Below are positions 61,508-64,000 of a stretch of DNA of 64,000 nucleotides, in pieces. The stretch spans positions 310,001-374,000 of the forward strand of contig CBFDEM010000054.1 in assembly GCA_965603825.1 (NCBI GenBank), given 5' to 3'. How positions within the stretch are numbered: the first letter of the stretch is position 1; each line of letters opens with the position of its first letter. The DNA comes from Blepharisma stoltei ATCC 30299 (lineage: Eukaryota; Protista; Ciliophora). The position numbers and the translations under genes are program-made. The notes under the pieces were generated by a model. That model saw only the letters and a program-made list of their open reading frames with translations. It was not told where the DNA came from and did not search any database.

Positions 61508-63889
61508 ATGGCAGGACTTCCAAGAGAAATAATCCTTTGACTCCAAAGTTTAGACTTAAGTTACTCAGTGAAAAATCCAAAACGTGATTTTGCAAATGGT
61601 TTCTTAATCGCAGAAATTTTCGTAAGAGATCAGCCTCCTGAAAGGATTTTTATGCATTCATTTGATAACGGAACTGAAGAGAGAAGAAGACAAACTAATT
61701 GGGAGCACCTTGACCGCTTTTTTAAAAAATATGATATACCTATCACAAAGAAAGATTGGGAACCAGTTATGTACTATGCGCCTAATGCTGCAATTGATCT
61801 AATAAAAAAGGTTTACCAAATTGTCGCAAAAAAGGAGCTCATAACTGCTCCAGCTGTAGAGCAACCCAAGCCTCCTCCATATGCAAGGCCGACAGCTGCT
61901 CAGCTTCTCCGTACAAATGGACTACAAAGAGTTGAGGATAAGAAAACCCAAGAAAAACTCGCTTTAGAAGTCTTAAATCAGCATATCGACAATGTGAGAC
62001 TAGAAAGAACGGAGCCAGGGAGGCTTGCTTTACCAAAGCAAACAACTTCAGCTGCAGCCAAAACTCTTGAAGCTACAAAGCCAGAACAAATTGAGCAGAA
62101 CATAGAGGTTAGACAAGTCGCTGTTAAAAGCATGGATAAAAATCTTCGTGCAGCAAAAGCACTAGTGTTTAATAAGCCTGATCAGTCTGTAGCAAAAACT
62201 CAGCAGGACTCCTCAAAGCAGAACACTCAGCATGATCTGAATTTGCTATTTAAGCCTGTTTTGGAAATAATGAGCGAAATTTTCTTGGAAATTATGCATC
62301 AGCCCCAGTTCAAAAGTGTAAGAATTATGGATTTCAGAGATGTAGAGCACGGAGAAGACCTCACGAGAGAATTTTATGCGAAGATGGATAAGCTGAATAT
62401 TGATTTTGTGGTTGGGTGCTTGGAGAATATTCAAAGAAGAGCTAGCTCGGTAGCTGACGTTCTGATTAAGATGGAGCAAGAATTCGAGCTTTATAGTGAA
62501 CTGATTTTGAGTGCTATTGAAAAAATTAAAGCTGATGCTCCCTATTTTAAATTATTTATTGATAGCTTGAACTCAATAGCTGAAACCATGTCTTCTATAG
62601 ATGAAGGCGTAACTGAAGAACTTTTTAATGATTTCTTGATTACTCCTTTAGCAAAACTGTCTCTGAAAAACCCTCATAAATCAGTTGTTCTGGTCAACTT
62701 ATTAAACAGCTTTTCCAAAAAAAGCCCAGCCATTAGATATCGCTATTTGTGCAGACTGATGGATATACTGCCAAATTATGCAGAATTAGTCAAAATTATT
62801 GCTCCACTGGTGAAGTTTGACAAAGAATACTATGAAGAGCTTCATACATATTATAAGCATTATGCAATTTTAGCATTATCACACTCTTCTCCTGTAGTAA
62901 GGACTGCTGGGATAGCTATTTTAGGCTCAATTGGGGACTTGAATCCTGAAATGATACTAGAAGAAGTCCATCAAGTTGAAAGACTCGGCAATGATACATG
63001 GTGGGAGGTAAAAGCACAAATTTTACGACTCTCTGGAATTATGCTTCCTCTAATCCCAAGAGAAAAAACAGAAACTCTATATAGTCTTATCACCTCAATA
63101 TTTGTCCCATCAGCTAGTAAAAATATTATCAGAATAGGCTTAATCTATCTAGCTCCTGTGCTGCATACATTTCCAGAGCTTTGTGAGATATACGTTGAAT
63201 GCTTATTGTCTCTTTCAAGTGAAGAAAGAGGGAAAATTCTAGATACTGAACAAGTTGTTAGAGGCAGCTGTGTGTTTGGAAGCAGCACACAAAGCTATAA
63301 GCTCTCTGGAGTTCCTTTAAGCTGGAATGCTTTAGGGATTGCATCAAGCTTAGCTAAATCAGTTATATATAGAAATTTAGACAACTTGGAATATGCACAT
63401 GTAGATGTTCTTTGGGCTTGCTTATACAAGCCACCAAATCAACATGAATGGATTAACGTATTTGACCAGCTGAAAAATTATATATATGTTGGCTTATGTG
63501 ACCCAGATATAAGTGAAGGAGTCATAGCTATTGCAAAGCACTTCTTAACAGCCCCAGGGATTATGACAGAAATCATTAAACGATCCAAAGATACCTTAAT
63601 AAGGAGCTTAAATCTCCTGTTAACCACTGATGTGGATAGGAAGTGTGTAGCTCAAGGATATGGGTTTATAAAATCATTGTACTGGGAATATGAGCTGCCA
63701 GAGCTACAGGAATTTGTATTTGTAGTGCTCAAAACTTTTGCTGAGAAGTACCCAGTGATTTTTGAGCGATCTGAGCTATTAGAAATTATCAACGAAATAA
63801 TCAGACATAGAAGAGGTGATATTTTTGGCGAAGATAAAGGGGAAATTGGCGCATCTTCTAAGAAAGGCTCAGAAAAAGAGATTAAATAA
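61508..63889 (+). CDS. SPATA4/SPEF1-type CH-domain protein with C-terminal ARM/HEAT repeats, 793 aa
   Basis: MAGLPREIIL-W(TGA 61538)-LQSLDLSYSVKNPKRDFANGFLIAEI...FDNG...NW. Confidence 0.85.
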
Positions 63890-64000
63890 GTATTTACTTT
63901 ATGAATTGCTCAGTCTATGTAAGTAAAACTGTTTGTAGCGGTGTCTAAACCACCTATTTGTTTAAGATATTCACTTCTTACAACTAAAATTCCAACATCT

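Noticed and set aside
137-63889. Widespread pseudogenisation or selenocysteine as an explanation for the in-frame TGAs
   Set aside because: TGAs map to conserved Trp, not Cys, in essential genes, with no accompanying frameshifts or decay.
1-64000. Mycoplasma-type bacterial or mitochondrial origin (also UGA=Trp); CRISPR arrays or operons
   Set aside because: Histone H3, dynein, Rab11, Myb and spliceosomal introns show a eukaryotic nuclear genome. No repeat-spacer array seen.
1-64000. IESs, transposons or telomeric repeats
   Set aside because: No CDS, including the 12.5-kb dynein, is interrupted by anything other than 15/16-nt introns. No transposase, terminal inverted repeats or telomere-like runs noticed. 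Intergenic IESs cannot be excluded by eye.

Overview
Gene-dense, AT-rich eukaryotic DNA, very probably the somatic (macronuclear) genome of a heterotrich ciliate, most likely Blepharisma. The supplied ORF track is fragmented for two reasons. (1) UGA encodes tryptophan: in-frame TGA sits at conserved Trp positions in RFC2, BRCT, NF-YC, Myb, dynein, GH31 and CH-domain proteins, and every complete gene I reconstructed ends in TAA or TAG. (2) Genes carry tiny 15/16-nt GT-AG introns with an A at position 10-11 (10 supported, 1 candidate). Applying both rules gives about 39 protein-coding genes, including a 4167-aa DNAH1-like inner-arm dynein, RFC2, a 3xBRCT protein, NF-YC, an SK-like K+ channel, a CaMKK-like kinase, an R2R3 Myb, WDR7, RNASEK, TECR, a GH31 glucosidase, a divergent histone H3, Rab11, CEP70-like and SPATA4-like proteins, and a 1495-aa type I surface protein. 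Spacers are as short as 11-22 bp. I saw no tRNA, rRNA, transposon, IES, telomere or CRISPR array. The code and the tiny introns are established Blepharisma biology. The less obvious leads are: strongly gene-specific UGA/UGG usage, intron splice signals that double as stop codons (including one that would remove a kinase's putative CaM-binding tail), 11-17 bp spacers, an H3 variant with altered K9/K27 motifs, and possible terminal UGAs. Family assignments come from motif recognition by eye; no database searches were run.
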